A DNA stretch of 64,000 nt from a virus (IMGVR_UViG_3300028591_000103:32001-96000), one strand, 5' to 3'. Shown: positions 28,838-38,891, counted from the first letter of the stretch. Numbers and translations: made by a program. The notes: a model not told the origin generated them from the sequence alone.

Positions 28838-30867
28838 GCAACTTCACAAATTCTCCACTCGTGTCATACACACGAATTTCACCGAACAGAAACTCCCCCA
28901 GAACAGAGGACAAGATCACAAAGATTATTGTCCATCATATGGCAGGTGTTGGTTCTGTTGAATCATTTGGAGAAATCGTAGCATCAGAAGCAAGACAGAT
29001 GTCTGCAAACTATGCAATCGGAAATGACGGTCGCATCGGTCTTTATTGTGAAGAGAAAGACCGTTGCTGGTGTTCTTCTTCCAGATGGGCAGACAACCGC
29101 GGTATCGCGATCGAAGTATCCAATTCGAAACTCGGTGAACCATGGCCAATTTCTGACAAAGCTTGGAAATCATTGGTCGAACTCTGCGCAGATATCTGCA
29201 AGAGAAATGGTATTCCAAAAATGACATATACAGGAGATACCAACGGTGTACTGATGTTTCACCGTTGGTTTGCTCCAACAGGCTGTGTTCCAATTAACAC
29301 GACTGAAGTATTGACTCGTGAAGGTTGGGTTCCTGTCAGAGATATTCAAATCGGTGAAATCATCGCAACTGTATCTCCAAAGGATTTCTCAATTCATTTT
29401 GATCGGGTTGAGAATCTGGTTCCTGTTCATAAGGACACAGTATTCACAACAAATGACATGAGTGTCACAAAAGAACACAGAGTTTTGTTCTCTGACATGA
29501 CAGGATGTGGATATCGTCTGGATGAATATCAAAAGATTTGTGATCGTTCATTCACGATTCCATCAGCAGGTTCATATGGTGCAAAAGGAATGGATATCAC
29601 TTCATCTGAAATGATATTCTTACTTGAGATGCAACGTGTCGGTGTGTATGATGAAAATAAGAAGTCTCTTGAATTCACATACATCATGGAATCCAAAGAA
29701 CAATACTTCTATGGATTACTCCAGAATCTCGGATATGAATTTACGAAACATCAGGATGATTTGGGACCGGTCAGATTTTGTGTCACCGACCCAAGAGCAT
29801 GGGAGCTTTGTAAATATTATCTTTCCGGAAAAGACTTCAACTGGAAATGGTTGGAAATGAATCCAACACAATTCTCCTATTTCATTTATAAAGCAACATC
29901 TCATGTTGATACTGGATGGAGTAGAAAATACACATCGGATTCCATGGTGAATGTCGATATCGTTCAAGCACTGTGCGCACTTAATGAACGTGGAACAAAA
30001 TTCATCTCTTCTGAGAAGACATTATATATTGATAAAGCTTTCCGTATTATCGAACCTGGTAAGAAAACATCTACAGAAGATGATGTCGATGTTGCATGTG
30101 TTACCGTGAAATCCGGATGCTTCCTGATGAGACAAAACAATGTCACAACCATAACTGGAAATTGTCCCGGTGAGTATATCTTCTCACGTGCACAACAGCT
30201 CTGTGATGAAGTCAACGCATTACTCCCCGAAGTGGATCCTCCGGTTATTCCGACAGATTTTGTTCCTGGTGCATTGGTGAGCATTGCACCTGACGCAGTG
30301 TATTACAATGGTGCGGCGATTCCGGATTGGGTGAAAGCTCAAAGATGGTATATCGATAGTATCTCCGGAGATCGAGCAGTTCTCGGAAAGAATGAAACTG
30401 GTAATTCAGATATTCATTCCGCTGTCAGTACAAAGTATCTGACACTGATTCAGAATGCTGCAGCACACGAATCTGTCCGAACCGTGTCATATCTCACAAG
30501 ACTCCAGAAGGGTGAACCGATTTACTCTATTTCTCAGAACAAAGTAAAACGGATTTCGATTATCACTGTTGGAAGTATTTATACTATTATTGAAGAAAAT
30601 ACAATCGATGGTGTTAAATATGGAAAACTGAAATCTGGCGCAGGTTGGGTCAAACGCGGTGTTGACGAAAAGGTTGTTGATAAAACGATCAATGTCGGTG
30701 ATACTGTCGTACCAATCACGAACAGATTATATGGTGACGAAGGAACCTTTATAATTCTTGAGAATTCGTATAAGGTACTCCGCGTGGATGGAAACCGTGT
30801 TGTGATTTCTTCAGATGGAAAGAATGCCACGGCAGCAGTCAATGCAATGAATCTTAAGAAAATTTAA
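28834..30867 (+). CDS. Endolysin: N-acetylmuramoyl-L-alanine amidase (Amidase_2-type) interrupted by an intein, with C-terminal cell-wall-binding/SH3-like domains
   Basis: IIVHHMAG, SANYAIG, IAIEVSN, FHRWFAPTG/intein/CPGEY; C-terminal IPDWVK...GDRAVLG and YGKLKSGAGWV. Confidence 0.9.
   Translation: MSNFTNSPLVSYTRISPNRNSPRTEDKITKIIVHHMAGVGSVESFGEIVASEARQMSANYAIGNDGRIGLYCEEKDRCWCSSSRWADNRGIAIEVSNSKLGEPWPISDKAWKSLVELCADICKRNGIPKMTYTGDTNGVLMFHRWFAPTGCVPINTTEVLTREGWVPVRDIQIGEIIATVSPKDFSIHFDRVENLVPVHKDTVFTTNDMSVTKEHRVLFSDMTGCGYRLDEYQKICDRSFTIPSAGSYGAKGMDITSSEMIFLLEMQRVGVYDENKKSLEFTYIMESKEQYFYGLLQNLGYEFTKHQDDLGPVRFCVTDPRAWELCKYYLSGKDFNWKWLEMNPTQFSYFIYKATSHVDTGWSRKYTSDSMVNVDIVQALCALNERGTKFISSEKTLYIDKAFRIIEPGKKTSTEDDVDVACVTVKSGCFLMRQNNVTTITGNCPGEYIFSRAQQLCDEVNALLPEVDPPVIPTDFVPGALVSIAPDAVYYNGAAIPDWVKAQRWYIDSISGDRAVLGKNETGNSDIHSAVSTKYLTLIQNAAAHESVRTVSYLTRLQKGEPIYSISQNKVKRISIITVGSIYTIIEENTIDGVKYGKLKSGAGWVKRGVDEKVVDKTINVGDTVVPITNRLYGDEGTFIILENSYKVLRVDGNRVVISSDGKNATAAVNAMNLKKI
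29284..30162 (+). mobile_element. Intein (293 aa) with apparently degenerate endonuclease insert
   Basis: Block A CVPINTTEVLTREGW, block B TKEHRV, blocks F/G VACVTVKSGCFLMRQN...TGN, and +1 Cys. Removing it restores HRWFAPTGCPG. Confidence 0.9.
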
Positions 30868-30878
30868 AAAAAAATAAG

Positions 30879-30901
30879 GATGGGGGCGAAAAGCCCCCAT
30901 C
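30879..30901. terminator. Hairpin GATGGGGGC-GAAAA-GCCCCCATC between convergent genes
   Basis: 9-bp stem; the A-tract on its left is a U-tract on the minus strand. Confidence 0.75.
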
Positions 30902-30903
30902 TC

Positions 30904-31191
30904 TTATGATCGATATGTTATCGTCGATGATGACGTGATTACCGTCATCACGCATAAACCATGATCGGATGTATCGAATACTTTCGACCATCCAATCATG
31001 ATATGATCGAAATCATCGTGGTTTATCAATACACGATGATTCGGAGAATCTGCAAAGACCCAACCTTTTTCTGTCAGAGTCATCTGCTCTTGAATTCTTC
31101 CATACTTGATATGGACGATTTTCACGTCCGAGATTGTGAACGCGATCCCATGAATAAACATTGGGATCGTTTCCGATAATTTCTTTTGCAT
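30904..31191 (-). CDS. Hypothetical protein
   Basis: 95 aa, AAAGGAG RBS, with its own AT-rich promoter-like motif upstream. Confidence 0.65.
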   Translation of the reverse strand: MQKKLSETIPMFIHGIAFTISDVKIVHIKYGRIQEQMTLTEKGWVFADSPNHRVLINHDDFDHIMIGWSKVFDTSDHGLCVMTVITSSSTITYRS

Positions 31192-31239
31192 AATTTTTGT
31201 CTCCTTTGTTTTTTAATATTTGAATACTTCTATATCTTG

Positions 31240-31258
31240 TATTCATATTAATTATATA
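31240..31258 (-). promoter_or_regulatory. Candidate early promoter TATATAATT-N5-GAATA
   Basis: Motif recurs at 38892 and 44001 upstream of non-structural genes. Confidence 0.4.
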
Positions 31259-31351
31259 CATATGAAATTAAGCTTTTTGCCATATATACATTATTTTTTC
31301 GGATGACGGAGAACGATTGGTCAACCAATTTTGTGTCAGGAGGATTTAATA

Positions 31352-33172
31352 ATGGATGATAGAAAAATGAATTCCAGACCACCGAAACCTCTGAAGTATT
31401 CGGAGGATACTGTACTATTCGATGTACGATATTCTCGTAGTCCGGAATCTTTTGAGGTTATCACATGGAATCCAATTACAAGACAATTGGAAGTCACTTA
31501 TGAAGAACCGATTATTGATATCTGGTTTTTGAAGGAAGAATTTCGCACAAACGATTATCAGATATCCCAAGTAGAAATGGATAAATGTTATCCGTTCTAT
31601 TGTAAACCGTCCCAAGTTTCAAAAGTAATTGCACAAGAGGTTGGTGGGAAATGGGCTGATATATATGAAGAAAATAAAGAGGTAATGAGCAAAAATGATT
31701 TATCCAGAAAGATGTGCGAATGTCCATGGGTATTTAAAGCGGATTTTGATCCACCGGTATATTTCAGAATGCGGTGGTTTGAACAATACGGCAGTAAGAT
31801 TGATATGACGAAAGTCTCTGAGTCATATCTTGATATTGAGGTTGATTCCATTGATAGAATCGTCAATGCCAGAGATATCAATGATTCATCGAATCCAATC
31901 AATGCAGTTTCTTTGATTTTACCACACGTCAATATTTGCGCATTGTTAGTATTGGCTCCGCGTCCCAGACATAAACTTGATAAAAAATTCTGGGGATTGT
32001 TGGAAAAACAACAAAAAGAATATGACTGGCTTGTTGAGCATCTGGATGAATTCAAAGAGATGATTCGAAATTATGACGAAGACAATATTTATTATCTGAA
32101 AGGATTTGATATTCGGATTCACTTATTTGATTTTGATGATGAAATTAAATTGGTGAAGACGGTATTCGATTACATCAACAAATATCGTCCGATGTTTGTA
32201 GAATCATGGAATGCTACTTTTGACCATCCGAGACTGTGGCATCGTATCGAATATCTCGGATATGATCCCAAGAGCATTATTATCCCGAAAGAATTCAAAA
32301 CTGATCAGATATTCTATAAGGAAGATCAGACTGGTAACTTTGCAATGAAGACATCCAGAAACTGGTTCTTTACTTCGACATATTCTATCTATATCTGTCA
32401 AATGAGATTGTTTGCTGCGATCAGAAAATCCCAACAAGAGAGACGATCATATTCTCTGTCTTCTGTTGGTAAGGATATGTGTAAGATTGATAAGTTGACA
32501 GATACGAAATCTGGTTCATTCCGTTTATTCCCGTACACAGACTTTTTGAAGTTTCTGTTGTACAATGTTCGTGATACCGTTGTACAGTATGCAATCGGAT
32601 TGAAGACGGGTGACTGTTCTACACTGGTCAACCGTTCATTCAAGTTTGCAACGCCATATCCAAAATGCTTCCAGGAAACTCATATTGTGAGAAATGCGCG
32701 TGAGTATTATTATGAGAAATTCTCGAAGAAAGTACAAGCGTGTAGATTGATTGTAGACAACACGCAGGATTCTGCATTCAAAGGAGCATTCGTGGCACCT
32801 CCTGAGAAAAATGCTCCTACGGGTTTGGTGCTAAATGGTAAACGTCACAACAACATCATATATGGTGCACTGGATGCTGATGCTGCATCATACTATCCAT
32901 CTACCAAAATGGGAATGAATATGGATCCAATGTCATTGTTATATAAATGCATTATTCCAAATGATTCATTCCAGAATGGAACCTGTACGAATCGATCTTT
33001 GTGTCAAGAATACTTATGGTATGACACAAAGAATCGTGCGCATAATGAAGATTTGTCAGGACCTATCATCAATGCGTATAAGAATAAAAATACGTGTTCG
33101 TTGATGAATAACTGGTTTAATCTTCCAACGGTTTCTGAGTATTTTGCGTATCTGGATATGAATATGAAATAA
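31352..33172 (+). CDS. Family B DNA polymerase N-terminal part: 3'-5' exonuclease plus motif A only
   Basis: ExoI YLDIEVD, ExoII SWNATFD, ExoIII YNVRDT, FKGAFV and motif A-like DAASYYPS. No motif B or C before the stop. GGAGG RBS before ATG 31352. Confidence 0.8.
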   Translation: MDDRKMNSRPPKPLKYSEDTVLFDVRYSRSPESFEVITWNPITRQLEVTYEEPIIDIWFLKEEFRTNDYQISQVEMDKCYPFYCKPSQVSKVIAQEVGGKWADIYEENKEVMSKNDLSRKMCECPWVFKADFDPPVYFRMRWFEQYGSKIDMTKVSESYLDIEVDSIDRIVNARDINDSSNPINAVSLILPHVNICALLVLAPRPRHKLDKKFWGLLEKQQKEYDWLVEHLDEFKEMIRNYDEDNIYYLKGFDIRIHLFDFDDEIKLVKTVFDYINKYRPMFVESWNATFDHPRLWHRIEYLGYDPKSIIIPKEFKTDQIFYKEDQTGNFAMKTSRNWFFTSTYSIYICQMRLFAAIRKSQQERRSYSLSSVGKDMCKIDKLTDTKSGSFRLFPYTDFLKFLLYNVRDTVVQYAIGLKTGDCSTLVNRSFKFATPYPKCFQETHIVRNAREYYYEKFSKKVQACRLIVDNTQDSAFKGAFVAPPEKNAPTGLVLNGKRHNNIIYGALDADAASYYPSTKMGMNMDPMSLLYKCIIPNDSFQNGTCTNRSLCQEYLWYDTKNRAHNEDLSGPIINAYKNKNTCSLMNNWFNLPTVSEYFAYLDMNMK

Positions 33173-33194
33173 CAAAAGGAGGCGTTGATTCATC

Positions 33195-35474
33195 ATGAAT
33201 CAATACGAATTTACAGACGATATTCCATCTTTGGAATTGGGTGAGACATCAAAACAGTACATGATGTTGTATGGTATCAATATTATTGTACAACGAGCAA
33301 TCCCAATGTTGGTCGATGGATTGAAACCGGTTCATCGCAGAATCATGTGGGCTATGTATCGTGCGCATAAGAATAACTTTATCAAAGTTGCAGAAATTCA
33401 AGGTGATACGTTAAAGTTTTCACCACACTCTGAATTGGGTACACGATTCATTGTTGCTGGATTGGCCCAACCCTTTTCGAATAATGTACCATTCTTAACT
33501 CCGAATGGAAACTGTGGTACAGCTACTGCAGGTGATGATTGTGGTGCTGCTCGTTATTGGAGTGCACGTATTTCTGACTTTTCGATGGATGTCTTCTTTT
33601 CAGAATTCGACGCAAAGGTAAACATGAAACCGAACTATGATGGAGAATATATGGAACCAATTACATTCCCTGCAAAGTTTCCTACAATTCTTTTGAATGG
33701 TTCGAATGGTATCGCATACACAATGTCTTCTGATCTGTTACCGTATAATTTGAATGAGATTGCAGATGCAACAATCAAATTATTGAAAAATCCTGAAGCG
33801 AAAGTGAATCTGATTCCAGATTCTCCAACAGGATGTGACATTCTGAAACGAGATGATCAAACATTCGTGATGCAATCATCGTTTGATGTTGATAACTTGA
33901 ATTATACAATTACATTCAAGAATACACCATATGGAGAATACTTGAATGATATCAATAAACGACTGTGTGCAATTCAAGATGGAGAGCATCCCATCAAAGA
34001 GATCTTATCTGCAGAAGATGAATCCGAATTGTCTGAAGGAAAGATTCGGTATGTTGTTCGTTGTAAACCGTGCAACTTGTATCAAATCATCAATCAGTTA
34101 TTCAAACGAGTTCCTGGATTCCGTGTCACAGTATCGACAAAGAATGCGAAAGTCATTGACACAAAACGCAGGACTCAGCATTACAACGAACGGCAGATTC
34201 TTTGCGCATGGATTTCCAATCGTCTGAAAGAAAAGCGTTCATACTATTTGAGAAAGTTGGTTGATAAAACCACTGAACATAATATGATGGAAGCAAAAGT
34301 ATTCATGTTATCGCCAGAGAATTTGAATAAGACGATTAAGGTATTCCGCAAGTGTGAAGAATCCGATGAAATCGTACAAAGCTTGATGGAAACCTACAAG
34401 GGTAAAGTATCATCTTCTCAAGCAAACTACATATCTGATATGAAGATGAATAAATTGACCAATGGCGAATATGTAAGGACGTTAAATAAACTGAAAGAGA
34501 TTTCTGATGAGATCAAAACTCTGAAAGAAATCGTAAATGATCCGAACCGTATTCGTGATATTATCATTGATGATATCAAAGAGATCAAAGAGAAGTACGG
34601 GTGTCCGCGCCGCAGTAAGATTCTGAATCACAATACAAATGCAGCAGTTCATATTGGAATCTGTCAGATATTAACAGATGGATCTGTGTTATTCTCAGAG
34701 ACAGAGAATCCAGATCATTTCTCATCAGATGTAACACCGATTGATGGAGATGAAGTTTGTCTGATTGATAAGCATGGACGCTTCTTGTGGGTGAATGTAA
34801 ATAAGATTCCACAGGGTAAACCTATGACATTGACATCGATTGGACGTCAACAGATGGATGCATGTATTGCAGCTGTTTCAAAGTCCGAACGTTCTATTGT
34901 GATGCTTTCTAATAAAGGACGAATCAAGTTAATGCCAACAAATCGAATCCCATCTAATCAATCCAGAAAACCATTGATTCCGCTGAACGATGATGAGTAT
35001 CTCGTATCAATTCTGGAAGTAAATGGTACATCGGATGATTTGTTGATGTACACAACGGATGGATTGGGTAAACGATTCTCTGTGTCTGAATTGAACATGG
35101 TGAATTCTCCGGATGCACAAGGACAGTTCATTGTCAAAGAAGATTGTGATGCTGCCGGAATCTTTATCGTGACGAATAAAAAGCCGCTAATTTTCTATGT
35201 TACACGGCTTGGAAGAGTCCGATTGAATCAATCCAAATTCCTGGTGTCTGGTAAGAAATTCGGTGGTTTGAAACCCATTATCAAGTTATCATCGCAAGAT
35301 GATCTGATTGCAGTATTCTGCTGTGACCCCTCTCAAGCAGTTACAATGTATCATGCAGATGGAAGAGTTTCATGTGTAAATGTGAATTCATTGCAACCAG
35401 TTACAATGAATACACCTCCTGCGAAACCAAAACATGTTCCTGGTATCAAAGTCATACGAGCAACACTGTCTTGA
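33195..35474 (+). CDS. gyrA: Type IIA topoisomerase subunit A (GyrA/ParC-like)
   Basis: RAIP..DGLKPVHRRI, SPHS, NGNCG, catalytic AARY, FPTILLNGSNGIA...PYNLNE, and C-terminal beta-pinwheel-like repeats. Confidence 0.9.
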   Translation: MNQYEFTDDIPSLELGETSKQYMMLYGINIIVQRAIPMLVDGLKPVHRRIMWAMYRAHKNNFIKVAEIQGDTLKFSPHSELGTRFIVAGLAQPFSNNVPFLTPNGNCGTATAGDDCGAARYWSARISDFSMDVFFSEFDAKVNMKPNYDGEYMEPITFPAKFPTILLNGSNGIAYTMSSDLLPYNLNEIADATIKLLKNPEAKVNLIPDSPTGCDILKRDDQTFVMQSSFDVDNLNYTITFKNTPYGEYLNDINKRLCAIQDGEHPIKEILSAEDESELSEGKIRYVVRCKPCNLYQIINQLFKRVPGFRVTVSTKNAKVIDTKRRTQHYNERQILCAWISNRLKEKRSYYLRKLVDKTTEHNMMEAKVFMLSPENLNKTIKVFRKCEESDEIVQSLMETYKGKVSSSQANYISDMKMNKLTNGEYVRTLNKLKEISDEIKTLKEIVNDPNRIRDIIIDDIKEIKEKYGCPRRSKILNHNTNAAVHIGICQILTDGSVLFSETENPDHFSSDVTPIDGDEVCLIDKHGRFLWVNVNKIPQGKPMTLTSIGRQQMDACIAAVSKSERSIVMLSNKGRIKLMPTNRIPSNQSRKPLIPLNDDEYLVSILEVNGTSDDLLMYTTDGLGKRFSVSELNMVNSPDAQGQFIVKEDCDAAGIFIVTNKKPLIFYVTRLGRVRLNQSKFLVSGKKFGGLKPIIKLSSQDDLIAVFCCDPSQAVTMYHADGRVSCVNVNSLQPVTMNTPPAKPKHVPGIKVIRATLS

Positions 35475-35492
35475 TTCAGAAAGGAGTTAGTT

Positions 35493-35705
35493 ATGAAAAT
35501 CTTTAAACGTCAGCCACGTGTATCAATCGTGAAGGAAGAACCCGATGGAAAAGAAGTCCTCAGAAAAACTGAGGACTTCAAGTTGTATGTTATTCGGAAA
35601 AGCTCTGATGATTCTATACTTGGTACCGTTTTATTGACAACTGCTCAGTTTCACATTCTAAATGAATCCTGTAACGCACAAGGAATCAAATTCACGGAGA
35701 GGTGA
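35493..35705 (+). CDS. Hypothetical protein
   Basis: 70 aa, GAAAGGAG RBS. Confidence 0.65.
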   Translation: MKIFKRQPRVSIVKEEPDGKEVLRKTEDFKLYVIRKSSDDSILGTVLLTTAQFHILNESCNAQGIKFTER

Positions 35706-35744
35706 TGTAATATTTTTACCGTTACAATTCGTGCAACATCCGTT

Positions 35745-37241
35745 ATGATCACCCCGGGTTCAGAAGCGCTCATTCCTTTACAACCATTGATCAATCTTCA
35801 TGAATATGAAGATGAATATCAAGATACAGTGAATGTTCTGGGATATATGTTAGATGAAGAACATGATGTCTTGTATTTCCATAAAGGAATAGATATCAAT
35901 TATCTGAAAAGATTATTGGTGGATGTTGAGTTCAAATTCGATCCGTATGATCCCTATCAAGAAATGAGATATCAGTTTGAGGAAGTCTATGCTCCGAGAG
36001 ATGAAGATCAAGAAGATGCTATCGACTTTATATCCGGAGAACATGGACACAAATCAAACATCAATGATTCTCAAATATTCTTGGTACTTGCAACTGGCGC
36101 CGGAAAGACGTATTGTGCTGGATACGGTGCTGGTGTATTGGGTTTAAAGACTCTTATCATCATGCATCGAGATAATCTTCGATCTCAATGGAAAAAATCT
36201 CTCCATGATTTAAATGGATATACTTCTAAAGAGGTATATGAATTGACATCATCCGAAGAATTGGAAATGATTGCAAATGGTGAATTGGAATATGATTATG
36301 ATATCTATCTAATGACACATGCGACATTCCGAGCAGGATGTAATCGTATTCGAGATTGTGAAAAGATTCGTAATATCACAAAGAATCTACATATCGGACT
36401 GAAGATCATTGATGAAGCACATCTTGAATTCCGCGATACATTAATCATGGATTTCCTGTTTAATGTAAAACGGAATTTATATCTAACTGCTACTGATGGT
36501 AGATCATCTAAAGATGAGAATGCTATCTTCAAACATGTATTTGCAAATACAACATTCTATCGTCGTGCAGAGCATTCTTCAAAGAATCATCCTGATAAAT
36601 GGGTTGAATACATCACCGTTGATATCAACACACATGTTCCAATCAGTATTTATAAATACCGCGTCAATGGTGGTAGAGGAATGTCTGCAATTACCTATGG
36701 AAAATGGGTAATCCAGTATGACAAAAAGAAAACACATTTCAAAGTGTGTAAAGAAATCTTAAAAGAGATTTTTACAAATGAATCGACTGCGAAAGTAATT
36801 GTGTTTATGCCGTTGATAGATCTATGTACGGACTGTGCAGAATACCTGTCAAAAGAATTGAATGATGATGACGCATTTGATTTTTATCTTGAAATCAGAA
36901 CTGTGAATTCCCATAATTCAAAATCCGAAAATGAATATAATAAAAAAGCGGATGTAATCGTGACTACGATTCAATCACTTGGAACTGGTTCTGATATTAA
37001 AGGTATCACCGATATTATCAATTGCTCACCGATTGTATCAAAGATTGTTGTAAAGCAGGTGCTTGGTAGAATTCGTTATATTGCGAAGCCATGTCATTAC
37101 TACGACATCGTAGATCAATCTGTACAAGCAGATGTATATTGGTGGAAGTCTAGATCTCGTACATTAAAAGCATTGACGACGAAGTATACACATCTTACGT
37201 GGTTAGAAGATAAAGGAGATGAACAAAATGACTCCGATTAA
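35745..37241 (+). CDS. SF2 DExH helicase (UvsW/ResIII-like)
   Basis: LATGAGKT, IIDEAH, LTAT, LGTGSDI and QVLGRIR motifs; the true start may be ATT at 35712. Confidence 0.85.
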   Translation: MITPGSEALIPLQPLINLHEYEDEYQDTVNVLGYMLDEEHDVLYFHKGIDINYLKRLLVDVEFKFDPYDPYQEMRYQFEEVYAPRDEDQEDAIDFISGEHGHKSNINDSQIFLVLATGAGKTYCAGYGAGVLGLKTLIIMHRDNLRSQWKKSLHDLNGYTSKEVYELTSSEELEMIANGELEYDYDIYLMTHATFRAGCNRIRDCEKIRNITKNLHIGLKIIDEAHLEFRDTLIMDFLFNVKRNLYLTATDGRSSKDENAIFKHVFANTTFYRRAEHSSKNHPDKWVEYITVDINTHVPISIYKYRVNGGRGMSAITYGKWVIQYDKKKTHFKVCKEILKEIFTNESTAKVIVFMPLIDLCTDCAEYLSKELNDDDAFDFYLEIRTVNSHNSKSENEYNKKADVIVTTIQSLGTGSDIKGITDIINCSPIVSKIVVKQVLGRIRYIAKPCHYYDIVDQSVQADVYWWKSRSRTLKALTTKYTHLTWLEDKGDEQNDSD

Positions 37242-37605
37242 ATTCATAGAAGAAATCATGCATAAAAAGAATCGATTGATTGCGATTTCGTTAGTTCTGA
37301 ATATCGGTGCATATATCATCACCCGTTTAATTATGAATCGTGCATCATTATCGGAACGAACAGAAACATTGATCACAGGTGGCGTTCTCATTATCAGTAC
37401 AGCATTCGTATTGATTTCCAATAAGAAAGCTGATAATAAGATAAGAGAATCATCATATGATCGAATTGAAATGGAGAATTATGAATTCGCAAAAGCTGTA
37501 TATGAACATAAGCTATATGAGGATTCACAAATCATCCCCGTGATTAAGGCAACGCAAACAGTCATGAAAAGTAAATCAAAAGACATTCGTATTGGAGGGG
37601 CCTGA
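37219..37605 (+). CDS. Hypothetical membrane protein (2 TM)
   Basis: 128 aa with two hydrophobic segments. Confidence 0.55.
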   Translation: MNKMTPIKFIEEIMHKKNRLIAISLVLNIGAYIITRLIMNRASLSERTETLITGGVLIISTAFVLISNKKADNKIRESSYDRIEMENYEFAKAVYEHKLYEDSQIIPVIKATQTVMKSKSKDIRIGGA

Positions 37606-37616
37606 GCCCCTCCAAT
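37591..37616. terminator. Hairpin ATTGGAGGGGC-CTGA-GCCCCTCCAAT followed by T-tract
   Basis: 11-bp stem between convergent genes. Confidence 0.75.
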
Positions 37617-37626
37617 CATTTCTTTT

Positions 37627-38115
37627 TTATTTATCAGCTTCCTCTTCCGAGGACGGAGGATGTGTTTTAAAATCATGATCCTTCGGATCATAATAAAACT
37701 CCTCATCAAAGACGTTCGGAGGATCCGGGAGATCTGGGAATTCGATATCAGGATCTAACTCATGTAATCTTTTTTCAAGCCAGGAACGATAACGATGATC
37801 ATCACCAACGATCCAATTCATCAACGAAGAAAGCTTGTTATTCAAAACATCAACTTTCTTAATCAGTTTTGAATTCTCTTCTCGAAGTTCAGCAACCTGC
37901 TTCTTGGTTTCTTCGTTCAACTTCTTGGTTTCCTCGTTGACATCTTTCATTGTCTTGGTCACATATTCCATGAGATTCTTCTCATTTATGATCTGCTGTT
38001 CTTTCGCTTCCGCACGATATTTTCGATATGAGAATATTGTTGTAAGAATTGCAGACAATCCCGCGCCACCGCCGATTGCGCCAACTACGACAGCGATTGA
38101 TGTTGCTCCATCCAT
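37627..38115 (-). CDS. Membrane-anchored coiled-coil protein, possibly lysis-associated
   Basis: N-terminal Gly-rich TM helix, basic patch and coiled coil; near the holin gene. Confidence 0.6.
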   Translation of the reverse strand: MDGATSIAVVVGAIGGGAGLSAILTTIFSYRKYRAEAKEQQIINEKNLMEYVTKTMKDVNEETKKLNEETKKQVAELREENSKLIKKVDVLNNKLSSLMNWIVGDDHRYRSWLEKRLHELDPDIEFPDLPDPPNVFDEEFYYDPKDHDFKTHPPSSEEEADK

Positions 38116-38246
38116 AATAATACCACCTTTAAAATTTTATAGGACAACTTGTTGTCGTTCCTTAATCTTGAGTTTGATTTCCATATTTTCCGAAACATCA
38201 AATTAGGTGTTTTCACCAAATACATATGTGGAGGCGATTCTTTCAA

Positions 38247-38489
38247 ATGAAAAAGGGTTTAAAACTAATCAAAGTCGAAATTGATTCGGATGGAAAAATG
38301 AAGTGTTTCACAATCTCAAAATCCGGAGAAGTTGCATCATTGACGTTGACACGCACGCAACGTCATTTGTTCCGCCGTTATACAGATCATGATTTCATTG
38401 ATCAGATTGAATCGGAATTCGGTCCAAACATGTTGGATGATACATTTGTAATTACGATGAACGGCGAAACTGTGTTTTCTTTGGAATAA
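38247..38489 (+). CDS. Hypothetical protein
   Basis: GGAGG RBS before MKKGLKL. Confidence 0.6.
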   Translation: MKKGLKLIKVEIDSDGKMKCFTISKSGEVASLTLTRTQRHLFRRYTDHDFIDQIESEFGPNMLDDTFVITMNGETVFSLE

Positions 38490-38504
38490 GATTGAGTATG
38501 ATGA

Positions 38505-38532
38505 AATCATGCGGGCTTTTGCCCGCATGATT
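38505..38532. terminator. Hairpin AATCATGCGGGC-TTTT-GCCCGCATGATT between convergent genes
   Basis: 12-bp perfect stem. Confidence 0.75.
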
Positions 38533-38870
38533 CATTCATCTTTTGATTCTCCGTCTTCTGTCTTGGTTTCTTCAACCGGTTTAGAAGTAATGATGAGTTC
38601 ATCCTTATCTTTTGTCAGTTGTTTGTAAACCTGATGATATCCGGTTCCACATCCACCAGCTGCCAATCCGATAAAGATTGCTTCAACGATGTTATTCCCC
38701 ATATTAACGCTCGGAATAAAATATCCCCAGACTCCAAGGACAATTCCGAAGATCAGTGAAAGAATGGGAACATAACGATCGATCTTCAAATCAAAGCATG
38801 ATGCAATTCGTTTTGCAGCATCATCCAGAATCATGACAAATGCCGAAATCGTTACAATTGAAAACTCCAT
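38532..38870 (-). CDS. Holin (Firmicutes phage type, about 3 TM)
   Basis: AGGAG RBS before MEFSIV at 38870; RYVPILSLIFGIVLG...GLAAGGCGTGYHQVYKQ pattern with a charged C-terminal tail. Confidence 0.75.
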   Translation of the reverse strand: MEFSIVTISAFVMILDDAAKRIASCFDLKIDRYVPILSLIFGIVLGVWGYFIPSVNMGNNIVEAIFIGLAAGGCGTGYHQVYKQLTKDKDELIITSKPVEETKTEDGESKDE

Positions 38871-38891
38871 ATTTTTATCAACTCCTACATA

